From the NCBI GenBank assembly GCA_040220235.1, contig JAVJTO010000123.1: 64,000 bases of DNA; one strand, written 5' to 3'. This DNA comes from Coleofasciculus sp. B1-GNL1-01. Lineage in GTDB: Bacteria > Cyanobacteriota > Cyanobacteriia > Cyanobacteriales > Coleofasciculaceae. Below, in pieces: positions 20,946 to 30,802 of the stretch. A model generated the notes under the pieces. It did not search any database, was not told where the DNA came from, and saw nothing but the letters and a program-made list of their open reading frames with translations. A program made the translations under genes and the position numbers. Every line of letters begins with the position of its first letter. The first letter of the stretch is position 1.

Positions 20946-22685
20946 TCAAAAGGGTTGATAACGCAGGGAAAAGTAGAGTCCATTGTCTTGCAGCGAGTCC
21001 CCTTCGTCATCAACGTCAATTAACGGGATGCCATAGTCGAGACGTAACGATAAATCGGGTGTAATTAACCAGTTTAACCCCAGTCCCAAGCCAGCAATCG
21101 TGGCGGGTTCAAGGGTAATGCCTTGGTTATTCCAAACGGTGCCAATTTCAAAAAATGGGGAGAATTGGAGTATATTAGGATCTGAGGTCACAGGCAGGCG
21201 AACCTCCACAGCACCCATAATCCCATTATCGCCCACCCGTTGATTGTGGGAATAGCCTCTGACGGTATCCACACCGCCGATGGTGAAGCGTTCTAGGGGA
21301 AGTAAAGCATCGGGGGTGAGTTGGGTATTGATTCGGGCGACGAGTAAGGCGCGGGGGGATAATTGTTCAACCCATTGAAATTGTCCAATCCAGGTAAAAA
21401 ATCGCCCATCAATGCCGATATCATTAATCGTGGCATCAAAGGCATCAATGCCAAAACTAAATTGCGATCGCGCGGCTAAGACTCGTCCAGGACTACGATT
21501 GACCCAATCTTGATAAAATCGAATCACCGTTACTTTCGATTCCCCATCGTCGGGACCTTCGGAGAAGGAAAAGGGAATATCATCTAGGATATAGGTTTGG
21601 CTGCGACGCAAGTCGAAGGCTACACCAATCCCTAATTCTCGTTCTGGGGTGTAGATCAGGGGTTGGCGGAAATTGGCGGAAAGGTTGCGGCTTTCGCCTC
21701 TAATCTTTATGTCCTCGAAGGGTTCTTCAATAATCTGGCTGTTGGTATTGCTGTAACTTAGGGTTAAAGTGCCATCGCGGGCATTGAGGGGTAGGGTATA
21801 GTTCAGGTTGTAGAGGTTGACTCCTGAGGTGATGCCGTAGGTGGCACTGATGCGATCGCCAAATCCTAAGAGGTTATTATGACTGGCGTTAATACTATTC
21901 TGCACAGAACCCAGGCTGGAAGATTGGGTATTGGCGGTAGCTATACCAGCGCCAAAGGTGGGGGCTTCTTGGAGTTGGATTTGGAGGATATTTCGCCCTG
22001 GGGTACTTCCAGCAGTTAATTCAGCGTTGACTTGTTGGAAGAGGGGATTGAGTTGCAACAGTTGCAGGGTGGTTTCGAGGCGTTTTTGGTTTAAGGGGGG
22101 ACGAGTAGCAAGTTCTAGGCGACGGCGGACATAGCCTTCTCGGAGGCGGTTTAATCCAGTGATTTCAATCTGTTCGACTTCCCCTTCGACGACTTGGATT
22201 TGAACGTCACCTTGGCTAAGTTCTTGATTATTGACGAGGAAGGCGCCAGAGGTGACATAGCCGTTTTCAATGTAGAGTTGAGTGATTCTTGAGCGGAGGT
22301 TGAGTAAGTCCTCGAAGCTGGCTTCTTGGTTTTGATAGGGTTCGATTAAGGCGGTAATTTCTGGGTGTAAGACGGTATTGCCAAGAACTTCTATGGTTTT
22401 GATCAAGATGCGATCGCGATCGCTTTCTGGGGAGGTAATATCTGGTGGGGGTTGGGAGGGTGGGGTTTGCAGTTGCGGTTGGGGAGGGGGTGTCGGGGGT
22501 TCTGAGGGGAAGGGTGAGGCGGGGGGTTGAGGTTGGATTTGTTCGATGGTTTCGGGTGTTTCTGGGGGAAGGGTGACGCCCGGTGGCGGTAGGGATTGGG
22601 CTAGGGTATTCTGGGTTAGGCAGGTTGAGAGAGTCAGGATCGAGATTGGTATAAGTATCCATCTTACTGTTGAATTGACCGTCAT
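20946..22685 (-). CDS. ShlB/FhaC/HecB (TpsB) outer-membrane secretion protein
   Basis: Pro-rich N-terminus, POTRA domains (YIENGYVTSGA, VVEGEVE), GGVDTVRGY motif, C-terminal aromatic beta strand. Confidence 0.92.
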   Translation of the reverse strand: MTVNSTVRWILIPISILTLSTCLTQNTLAQSLPPPGVTLPPETPETIEQIQPQPPASPFPSEPPTPPPQPQLQTPPSQPPPDITSPESDRDRILIKTIEVLGNTVLHPEITALIEPYQNQEASFEDLLNLRSRITQLYIENGYVTSGAFLVNNQELSQGDVQIQVVEGEVEQIEITGLNRLREGYVRRRLELATRPPLNQKRLETTLQLLQLNPLFQQVNAELTAGSTPGRNILQIQLQEAPTFGAGIATANTQSSSLGSVQNSINASHNNLLGFGDRISATYGITSGVNLYNLNYTLPLNARDGTLTLSYSNTNSQIIEEPFEDIKIRGESRNLSANFRQPLIYTPERELGIGVAFDLRRSQTYILDDIPFSFSEGPDDGESKVTVIRFYQDWVNRSPGRVLAARSQFSFGIDAFDATINDIGIDGRFFTWIGQFQWVEQLSPRALLVARINTQLTPDALLPLERFTIGGVDTVRGYSHNQRVGDNGIMGAVEVRLPVTSDPNILQFSPFFEIGTVWNNQGITLEPATIAGLGLGLNWLITPDLSLRLDYGIPLIDVDDEGDSLQDNGLYFSLRYQPF

Positions 22686-23498
22686 AAAAGCCTCCTAATA
22701 AAAGGCGTCAGCTTCTGTATTCTTGTTTTTCCGTGGAATCGGGCAAAACGGTAACGGCGCGATCGCACTGAACTCTACTATCAGGATAATCCCGTTAAGT
22801 CATTCAATGATAAATAGTTTGTGCCAAAGTACTGGTCTCAATTGGACAAAGTAATCACCCACATGACATCCTGTCTGTCTGATGGGAACAATTTTGATAT
22901 GACGGGTGGATAATTGCATCCCCATTCCCTTTTGAGCCGGAAGTAGATGCATTAAACAGCTTTTTTGTCAAATATGCCTCGAAATGAGTCGATCAAATTG
23001 GGTAATGAAACCTGATTGTAGTATTTTAATTTTTCCGGCGCTAGGGATAATAAAATAACGCATGATCAAGGCGTTTCCGGAATAGTTGGTTAAAAATGGT
23101 TACAAAAATAACCCAATACAGCATAACAATAACGTTATACTACACCCTCAAACCCAAGTCAAATCAGGATTTGCCTGGGGCATTTTCTGCCTGCCCGAAT
23201 TCCGCTTATCTTTAGACTATTAAAACCTAAACGTCAAAATTAAAAGTTTTACTTATATAGAGGGGCTTCGTCACCATGAAGCTAAGTTAAAAAGGAAGAC
23301 AGCGCCCCAACAAACTAAATTATCAGAGTTGGTGGGGTGGTGCGATCGCGCGAGGATGCGAGAGCTTTTGTTGCACGGGAGAAGGGGAAGCAGATTTTCT
23401 TGCTCCCCTCTTGCTCCCCTCTTGCTCCCCTCTCCCAAGCTTGGGAGAGGGGCTGGGGGTGAGGGCTGGCGTGGGTGAGGGGTTCACCTTAAGTTGAC

Positions 23499-23585
23499 GG
23501 GCGCACGTCGGTGGGGATTGGGCGCACGTCGGTGGGGATTGGGCGCACGTCGGTGGGGATTGGGCGCACGTCGGTGCGCCCCTAC
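23499..23585. repeat. 21-bp tandem repeat of a REP-like GGGCGCACGTCGGT element
   Basis: GGGCGCACGTCGGTGGGGATT x3 then GGGCGCACGTCGGTGCGCCCCTAC; related copies near 36392, 47252-47313 and 54479-54538. Confidence 0.85.
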
Positions 23586-23616
23586 GTGGATAAACGGCAA
23601 AAATCTGTTGCCAATA

Positions 23617-26600
23617 TTATTGATCGCATTCCCGACTCATGATCAATTCCCCATTGGGGAGTCGATATATCCCTGTGGGTTCGATAATCGGATCACCGAT
23701 TTTCCAAGGGCGACGAGTTGAGGAGGAAGAGTCTTCCCCATCTCCCTCACGGGGAATTGACCGCACCGTCCCCATCTGATACCGTGTAACATAAGCATCC
23801 CCAGGGCGAAACGGGATACCCCCCGTACCCGTAATAAAGAAGCTACCCCGTTGCGGTTCATGGCGACGGGCGATGCAACTTTCGGCAATTAGTTCGTCGG
23901 TGTCGATTCCATTGCCCGATAACTGAATGAAGCTGTTCTCGATAAAGCCAGTGTCGGATGTGATGGTGATGACGCCTTCAACAGCACCGGTGGCATTGAT
24001 ATCCACGCGATCGTTATGATCTAAGGTACGAGGATCAGTGCCTTTGGGCGCAGGTTTGTAGTTTTGACCAAAGAAAGCGGGAGTGGTGAGGGTGATATCG
24101 CCGCCTTTTCCATCCTGGGCGAATGCCAGGATATCGCTGTCATTCAGGGCGATAATCGAGTCAGCCGTGAGGGTAATATTACCGCCACCGCCAGCACCTG
24201 AGGCAACGCGGCTGGTGATATCGCTATCTTCAAACAGGTGGATATCCGCAGCGGTAATCGTAATCGCCCCCCCCGCCGACTGTTCGGTTGAGGTGGCAAT
24301 GGTGCCATTGGTGGCGGTGAGTTGTCCGGTATTAATCGTGATATTCCCAGCTTTAGCAACACCCGTCGATTGGGCGGATAACTGGGCTTGATTCAGGGTA
24401 AAGGATTCTGTGGCGTTGATGGTGAGATTACCGCCTAAGCCAGATGAGTTAGGGGAGGCGGTGGAAGCTGAGATGGTTGCACCATCGGCAATGGTGAGAT
24501 TTTTGGTATCAATCGTCAGGTTTCCTGCTGCACCCTCACCCGTGGTTTCCACCGCAAGTGTACCTTGTCCGCGAATGGTGATGGCTTCCGGTGCGCTTAC
24601 TTCCAGGTTTCCACCTCTACCACTGCCAGAGGTGGAGGCAGAGATGCGGGATTGGGGCGCTAGGGTAATGTCTAGGGTGGATTGATTCTCATAAGGTTTC
24701 AGGGTTAAAGTGCCGGCGGGGGTTTGTCCTTGGGTGTCGGCAAAGACACCGACGATTCCGGCTAAATTCATGGTGGAGGCGTTTAAGGTGATACTACCCC
24801 CGCCTTCGGGATTCATCGCGTCTTGGGTGGCGGTGGCGGTGATGCGGGCGGTGTCGGAGAGGGTGAGGCTGGGGGTATTCACAATAATATTGCCGGCTTT
24901 GCCCGTGTTACTTGTTTCTACAGACAGAACCGGGGAAAAATCATCCACACCCAGACCGAGATTTACGGCGGTGGTAGCATTAACGGTGATGGTGCCACTA
25001 TCGCCACTCCCCTCGGTGAAGGCGAAGATTTCTGCTCCCTGGGCAATGGTTAAGGTGGAGGTATCTAGGGTAATCGTGCCGGCGTTTCCAGTTCCTCTGG
25101 TTTCTGTGGTAATCCTGCCTTCTCCCTGGATTGTGATCGCATCTGGCGCTTTTATCTGGATGTCTCCCCCGGTGGCTTGGGTGAAGGGGGAATTAGTGGA
25201 AGCCGAAATAGAGGTTTCTGGTGCCAGGTTAATCGTGAGGTTTTCTTGGGTGGGGTGGGATTGAAGGGTAATATTCCCCGCCTTGCCAGAACTTTCTGTG
25301 GTGGTGGCTATTTGAGCGCCGTTTTCTAGGGTTAATTCGGGGGTGGTGAGGGTAATGTTTCCAGCATTGCCAAAGGTTTCTGGGGGGGTTTGGGTATCGC
25401 TATTTTCTTCTGGGATGGTTTCGGCAAATAAACCGCCGCGTTGAGGTGTGTCTTGGTAGGAATATAAGCCTTGGAACGTTATGCCATTTCCGGCATTGAT
25501 GAAGATATCTCCTGCATCTCCGCTATTGCTGGTGTTACTGATAATTTGACTATTATTGAACGTGACTCGACCTGGGCTAGTAATCTTGACTTCACCAGCA
25601 TTATCGCTACCATTGGTGTCACTTTCAATAGAACTGTTGTTGAAGGTGAGATTGCCTGAACTGGTGACGGTGACATCGCCGGATTGTCCTTCACCGCCAA
25701 CATCTAAGATTGTGGATACACTAGAAAATGGTACATCTACTTCCACCCGCCTGCTAGTGAGGATGCGGGTATTGGTCACGGATAAATCCCCAAACCCTGT
25801 TATTTCAACCGTTCCAGCTTGATTTGAAGACGATAGGGTTAAAATTTCCAGGTTGGTGATAGCGTTTCCAGCTTTTAAGGTGACATTTCCACCATTTCCG
25901 GCTTCTCCTGCTTCTGAAAGGGCAAAGGAAGCTAGGAGTAAGTTAGCAGAAGTGCCGATAATATCGCCATCTCTAGCAATGAGGGAAATCTCTCCCCCAT
26001 TTCCGGCATCACCCTCCCTCGAGTAAGAGTAGGAGTTCACCCGTGAATCATCGCCAAAAGAGATATCGCCACCGCTCAAGCTGATTTTTCCCCCATTTCC
26101 ATTGCCAGAATCAGAGGAAGAGCTGGAGTCAACCAGTGAGTCATCGCCAAAGGAGATATCGCCGCCGCCCAAGCTGATATCTCCCCCATCTCCTGCATTG
26201 CCATCACCAAAAGAGGAAGAGCTGGAGTCCACCCCTGAGTGATCGCCAAAAGAGATATCGCCGCCGATGAAGCTGATATCTCCCCCATTTCCATTGCCAG
26301 AACGATAGGAAGAGCCGGAGTACACCCATGAGCGATCGCCAAAAGAGATATCGCCGCCGATGAAGCTGATATCTCCCCCATCTCCCCCATCTCCAGCATT
26401 GCCATCACCAAAAGAGAAAGAGCTGGAGTCCACCCATGAGTTATCGCCAAAAGAGATATCGCCGCCGATGAAGCTGATATCTCCCCCATCTCCCGCATTG
26501 CCATCAAAAGAGGCAGAGGCGGAGATCACCCATGAGTCATCGCCAAAAGAGATATCGCCGCCGATGAAGCTGATATCTCCCCCATCTCCAGTATTGCCTT

Positions 26601-28269
26601 CAATAGAGAAAGAGTAGGAGAAAACCCATGAGTCATCGCCAAACGTGATATCGTTACCTGCACTCAAGCGAATCTCTCCCCCATTTCCGGTATCACCCCC
26701 ACCCGAGTAGGAACCAGAAACTATCTCTTGGGAAACAATATTCCCCTGTGCCATCAGAATAATTGCTCCCCCATTAGCGGCATTCTGATTAAAATTGGGT
26801 TCAGGCTCAATAAAACCAAATTCATCTTTAACAACAGCACCGGATGCGGACAAGAGTTCTGTACTAAAAATATCCCCCCGACTATCAATCGTAATCGCGC
26901 CCCCATCCCCGCTTCTATTCATCGTATCAATCCGGCTAACTCGAATATCCCCCGCTAAATTCGACTGATACTGATTGGTTAAAAATACCACTCCCCCAGG
27001 ATTCGTCACATTACCATCAATCCTTATATCTCCCCTCATCCCCATCCCCCCTGTACCGGGAACCATGGGCGAAAAACCAGCCGTTTCCCCTGTCACCCCC
27101 ACTGTATCAAAAGCAGTTGTCCCCGCCCGAATATCCAGGGTTGGCTGTTTTGAACCATCAATCTCTATACGTGTCTCATCCGATAAAATCACCGTCTCCT
27201 GAATCGAATTATCAGAAGTATCTGTCCCCGTAATCTCCACATCCCCCGTAATCCTGACACTCCCCCCCGCTAAAATATGCAGAGAAGCTCCTTGATAACT
27301 ATCAAAACTTACATCCCCACTGGCACGAATAATGGGATCTCCAGGACTAAATAAACGCCCCAAATTCCCATTCAACTGTTCAATCCGAAAACTTCCCCCA
27401 CTCCAATACTGAGCATCCCCGCCCACATCAGCCGCACTTCGCAGCACCATATCCCCACCGGAAAACAACCCCGAATCGGGATGATTCAAGGCAAAAATAT
27501 CAATCCCTTGATTTCCCGTTACCAGCAGATTTCCCCCAGCATCGGCGATAAACGGATTGGTCTGACTATCCCGAATCGTTACTGTATCCTGTGCTTGTAG
27601 GGTTAAATCTCTCCCCGAACCTAACTGTCCCTGTAAATCCAAATTCTCCCCATCTAAGGTCAGATTTCGTCCCGTGGTTAAATTCCCCCGATTCGTAATC
27701 TTACCCCCCGCCGCTTCTACCGCATTATAAAATAGCGCCCCAGGACTTACTGAGAGTAAACGACTACTCTTCGGTTGAGTCGCACTAAAAACCCCATCCT
27801 CCCCTAACTCTATCCCTGATGCTGTGGTGGCGACAAAAGACCCTTCTATATCTAAACTGGCATTTTCCCCAAATAAAATCCCATTGGGATTGAGTAAAAA
27901 TAGATTCGCTTCACCCAATACCCCTAACCTGCCCAATATAGTCGAGACATTATCCCCAGTAACACGGGAGAGGATATTTTCTATCCCATCAGGATTGGCA
28001 AAATAAACCCCTCTGCCTTCGGCAATATTAAACTCTAAGAAACTATGAAACAGATTCGCGCCGCGAGTGGCGCCCCCATCAATTCTGTCGCTGAGTATCT
28101 CTCGTATTACATCAGGGGTAACCACAGAACTTTCCGCCCCCAGGGTATCATCCGGTATCACCTGGGCGACGACTCCCTCATTTCCCCCAGTTGAGAACAT
28201 CCCCACCAACACCACACTACCGACAACCAAAGACTGCCAACGGCGAGTGAACCAGTCTAGAGTAATCAT
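23617..28269 (-). CDS. Filamentous haemagglutinin-like TPS exoprotein (~1550 aa)
   Basis: NLFHSFLEFN, NILSRVTG, NLFLLNPNG; Gly-rich GGDISF repeats; conserved C-terminus SCIARR..GSFFITGTGG..WKIGDPIIEP; RBS CAGGAG before the ATG at 28269. Confidence 0.92.
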   Translation of the reverse strand: MITLDWFTRRWQSLVVGSVVLVGMFSTGGNEGVVAQVIPDDTLGAESSVVTPDVIREILSDRIDGGATRGANLFHSFLEFNIAEGRGVYFANPDGIENILSRVTGDNVSTILGRLGVLGEANLFLLNPNGILFGENASLDIEGSFVATTASGIELGEDGVFSATQPKSSRLLSVSPGALFYNAVEAAGGKITNRGNLTTGRNLTLDGENLDLQGQLGSGRDLTLQAQDTVTIRDSQTNPFIADAGGNLLVTGNQGIDIFALNHPDSGLFSGGDMVLRSAADVGGDAQYWSGGSFRIEQLNGNLGRLFSPGDPIIRASGDVSFDSYQGASLHILAGGSVRITGDVEITGTDTSDNSIQETVILSDETRIEIDGSKQPTLDIRAGTTAFDTVGVTGETAGFSPMVPGTGGMGMRGDIRIDGNVTNPGGVVFLTNQYQSNLAGDIRVSRIDTMNRSGDGGAITIDSRGDIFSTELLSASGAVVKDEFGFIEPEPNFNQNAANGGAIILMAQGNIVSQEIVSGSYSGGGDTGNGGEIRLSAGNDITFGDDSWVFSYSFSIEGNTGDGGDISFIGGDISFGDDSWVISASASFDGNAGDGGDISFIGGDISFGDNSWVDSSSFSFGDGNAGDGGDGGDISFIGGDISFGDRSWVYSGSSYRSGNGNGGDISFIGGDISFGDHSGVDSSSSSFGDGNAGDGGDISLGGGDISFGDDSLVDSSSSSDSGNGNGGKISLSGGDISFGDDSRVNSYSYSREGDAGNGGEISLIARDGDIIGTSANLLLASFALSEAGEAGNGGNVTLKAGNAITNLEILTLSSSNQAGTVEITGFGDLSVTNTRILTSRRVEVDVPFSSVSTILDVGGEGQSGDVTVTSSGNLTFNNSSIESDTNGSDNAGEVKITSPGRVTFNNSQIISNTSNSGDAGDIFINAGNGITFQGLYSYQDTPQRGGLFAETIPEENSDTQTPPETFGNAGNITLTTPELTLENGAQIATTTESSGKAGNITLQSHPTQENLTINLAPETSISASTNSPFTQATGGDIQIKAPDAITIQGEGRITTETRGTGNAGTITLDTSTLTIAQGAEIFAFTEGSGDSGTITVNATTAVNLGLGVDDFSPVLSVETSNTGKAGNIIVNTPSLTLSDTARITATATQDAMNPEGGGSITLNASTMNLAGIVGVFADTQGQTPAGTLTLKPYENQSTLDITLAPQSRISASTSGSGRGGNLEVSAPEAITIRGQGTLAVETTGEGAAGNLTIDTKNLTIADGATISASTASPNSSGLGGNLTINATESFTLNQAQLSAQSTGVAKAGNITINTGQLTATNGTIATSTEQSAGGAITITAADIHLFEDSDITSRVASGAGGGGNITLTADSIIALNDSDILAFAQDGKGGDITLTTPAFFGQNYKPAPKGTDPRTLDHNDRVDINATGAVEGVITITSDTGFIENSFIQLSGNGIDTDELIAESCIARRHEPQRGSFFITGTGGIPFRPGDAYVTRYQMGTVRSIPREGDGEDSSSSTRRPWKIGDPIIEPTGIYRLPNGELIMSRECDQ

Positions 28270-29082
28270 AGTAAACGTCTCCTGAGCGAGTAAGGGGATT
28301 GTTATCAACTTCAGCCGAGGGAAAATTAAGCTGTTCGGCATTTAAACCTTAATGTCAATCATGACGAAATCCTTGCCGTAGTGCGTTTAGCGAAGCCATG
28401 CCGCAGGCTTTAGCGAAGCCATGCCGCAGGCTTTGCATCTTGCTCGCTACATTGAGCATCTTGCTCGCTACTAATACCCAATTTAAATGCATGACAGCTT
28501 AGGTATCGGATACTACCAAATAACCCCAAAACCAACAGTGGGCAAACCAGCAAGGTTGAGTTGACACAAATTAAGGGAACCAAGCCCTGTTGATATAGAT
28601 TTTTATACTATAAACCGAATTATCCCATAGTTTGACAAAAAAAGTAGCTACGAATAAAATCCACCTCAATAACCCAATTTTCCCACACCAATACCCACAG
28701 GTATAAAATAACAACACCACTCAACTTAAGCCACAACCCCCTCACCCCCAGCCCCTCTCCCGACCCCCCTCGTTCCCCCCTACAAGAGGGGGGATGACAG
28801 AGGATGCTTCGCTTTTTTTGCACGGGAGAGGGGAGCAAGAGGGGAACCATGTTGCTTTCCTTTGCGTGATACCAAAAACGTCTTTATTTAACTAACTTTC
28901 ACAGTATGTGGCGTAACGAAGGGAGGTAAGTTTTGAGTGGGAGAGTGGGAGATTGTGTAGGGGCGGGTTTCACGACTATCTTGTCGGTTTCATCCAGATG
29001 TGACTAAACCCGCCCCGACCCAGGTTTCTAGACTTCCCTTAACAGTTCCCCTTCTCCCATAAAACAAAAGCGAAGCATCCTT

Positions 29083-29805
29083 TCACGTCAATCCTGCTTG
29101 ATTCAACTGCTCATATAACCACGCCTCAAACAATTCATTCAGCAACCGCTGGCGCATCGCTTCATTCAACTGTGCTGGAATCAACTTCTCTAATCGGACA
29201 ACAGTATACCCATCTCTTGCCGGTTGAGGCGACCAAACTTGACCCGATTGACTACTGCGAAGTAATCCCGCTAAATTAGGACTCAGACTACCCAACTCAA
29301 CCGGACCAATCAATCCCCCCCATTTCGCCTCTGACCCTTGAGAAAATTCACGAGCCAATTCAGCAAAGATTTGTTCCCCTTTCTTCAGACTCAAATAAAG
29401 TTGAAACGCCACCGCAAACTCTCTCGTCCTTAAACAGGAATAAACCACTCGATCTAACTCTCGTTTCCGCTGACGGAAATAATACTCCAATTGATGTCCC
29501 CAAGTGGCTTGTTTAAACATTTCCAATCGAATCCGCTGCTTGAACACCGCTTCTAATTCAGTCTGACCCATCCCACAACGCTTTAACCACGCTTGGAATT
29601 CATCTTCCCCCTTCAAATTATTGCGTTGACAGAATAACTGACAAGCCTTACGGACATCCTCATCCGTACAATCAAAGGGCGCGATCGCCTGATTAATCAA
29701 ACTCTCCCGTAACCCTGGCGGAATCAGCGATGCACGAACAACCATAGGCGTAACTTTTTTATCCGTACTGCGGCGGTTTGGGTGGTGTAAAAAGGTGGTC
29801 ATCAT
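29083..29805 (-). CDS. PpiC/rotamase-type peptidyl-prolyl isomerase-like protein
   Basis: FAELAREFSQGSEAKWGGLIGPV; family commonly adjacent to cyanobacterial type I / peptide exporters. Confidence 0.85.
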   Translation of the reverse strand: MMTTFLHHPNRRSTDKKVTPMVVRASLIPPGLRESLINQAIAPFDCTDEDVRKACQLFCQRNNLKGEDEFQAWLKRCGMGQTELEAVFKQRIRLEMFKQATWGHQLEYYFRQRKRELDRVVYSCLRTREFAVAFQLYLSLKKGEQIFAELAREFSQGSEAKWGGLIGPVELGSLSPNLAGLLRSSQSGQVWSPQPARDGYTVVRLEKLIPAQLNEAMRQRLLNELFEAWLYEQLNQAGLT

Positions 29806-29847
29806 CTTGCTTAAACCCTAAAAAAACAGGTAAAATTAACAAAGTAT

Positions 29848-30021
29848 TTAACGAATCAGAATCATCAAGGCTGAATTCAAAGACTGTCCTAGATTCCCGT
29901 TTCGCCCAAACACAAATTCACTGTAATCAGCTAAATTATCAAGTCCTAAAAGGTTGAGAATAATTTCCGTGACTAGCCAGAGTGTGGTAGTAAAAACGAG
30001 CTTCTTCCAATGAATGTGCAT
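29848..30021 (-). CDS. Small single-TM hypothetical protein (57 aa)
   Basis: MHIHWKKLVFTTTLWLVTEIILNLLGLDNLADYSEFVF; RBS GAGGAG. Confidence 0.7.
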   Translation of the reverse strand: MHIHWKKLVFTTTLWLVTEIILNLLGLDNLADYSEFVFGRNGNLGQSLNSALMILIR

Positions 30022-30076
30022 GGCTTTTGTCTCCTCAACTCCCTGGCTTCCTGCGTTTCCGGCTTTCAACAGCGTT

Positions 30077-30195
30077 CATTACTTAACACAATAAAAAAAA
30101 GAGCTGGATTAGACACCCCCCTCTTCTGCCAACTTCCTGACACAATTGTGTTAACCGACTTGCCGAAAACTGCAATAGCCATGGCTAAATCCTGT
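30077..30195 (-). promoter_or_regulatory. 22-bp-phased operator array with -10-like box
   Basis: TGACACAATTGTGT (30138), TTGCCGAAAACTGC (30160), TGGCTAAATCCTGT (30182); CATTACTTAACAC at 30077. Confidence 0.65.
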
Positions 30196-30324
30196 AATTA
30201 CTGGTTCTCAACCTGGCATTCAACCTGGTAGAAAACCTTAATCCCTTACCTCAACGAGTTGTTTATTGTAATTATCAAATGAATCCTAATAATTTAAACC
30301 CAACTCAACCATTCAGCCAAATAT

Positions 30325-30630
30325 ATGATGCAATTTAAACCCACTACTCCCTCAACCCTACGACCCAGCACCGTAGTACTCAGACCCAGTGGTTGTCTAG
30401 ATAGTTCTCGCAGTCCCGCGTTTAGGAAGTCTCTAGAACAAGCCTTAGAATTAGCAACGGATACCGTGATTGTAGATTTACTATCCGTCAACGTAATTAA
30501 AGCCGAAGGAATTCGCAGCCTAATTGCAGGGATGAAACAAGCCGCTGCATTGGGAAAAACCCTATCTTTAGAATTTGTGGACGCCGTGACGCGGATGATT
30601 TTAGAAGAACAATTGCAGAATTTAAGCTGA
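30325..30630 (+). CDS. STAS domain anti-sigma-factor antagonist
   Basis: VVLRPSGCLD...VIVDLLSVNVIKAEGIRSL pattern. Confidence 0.8.
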   Translation: MMQFKPTTPSTLRPSTVVLRPSGCLDSSRSPAFRKSLEQALELATDTVIVDLLSVNVIKAEGIRSLIAGMKQAAALGKTLSLEFVDAVTRMILEEQLQNLS

Positions 30631-30636
30631 TAAGTG

Positions 30637-30678
30637 TCATTCGTCATTGGTCATTCGTCATTCGTCATTCGTCATTTG
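30637..30678. repeat. Heptamer STRR (TCATTCG/TCATTGG)n
   Basis: Tandem 7-mers after the STAS gene. Confidence 0.85.
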
Positions 30679-30802
30679 TTAGGGAATGGGGAATGGGGAA
30701 TAGGGAATGGGAAAAAGGTAGAGTTTTGAGTTAACTTCCCTATCTCCCCCAGCTCCCCCTACTCCCCCTACTCCCCCAGCTCCCCCCATCTCCCCACCAG
30801 CC

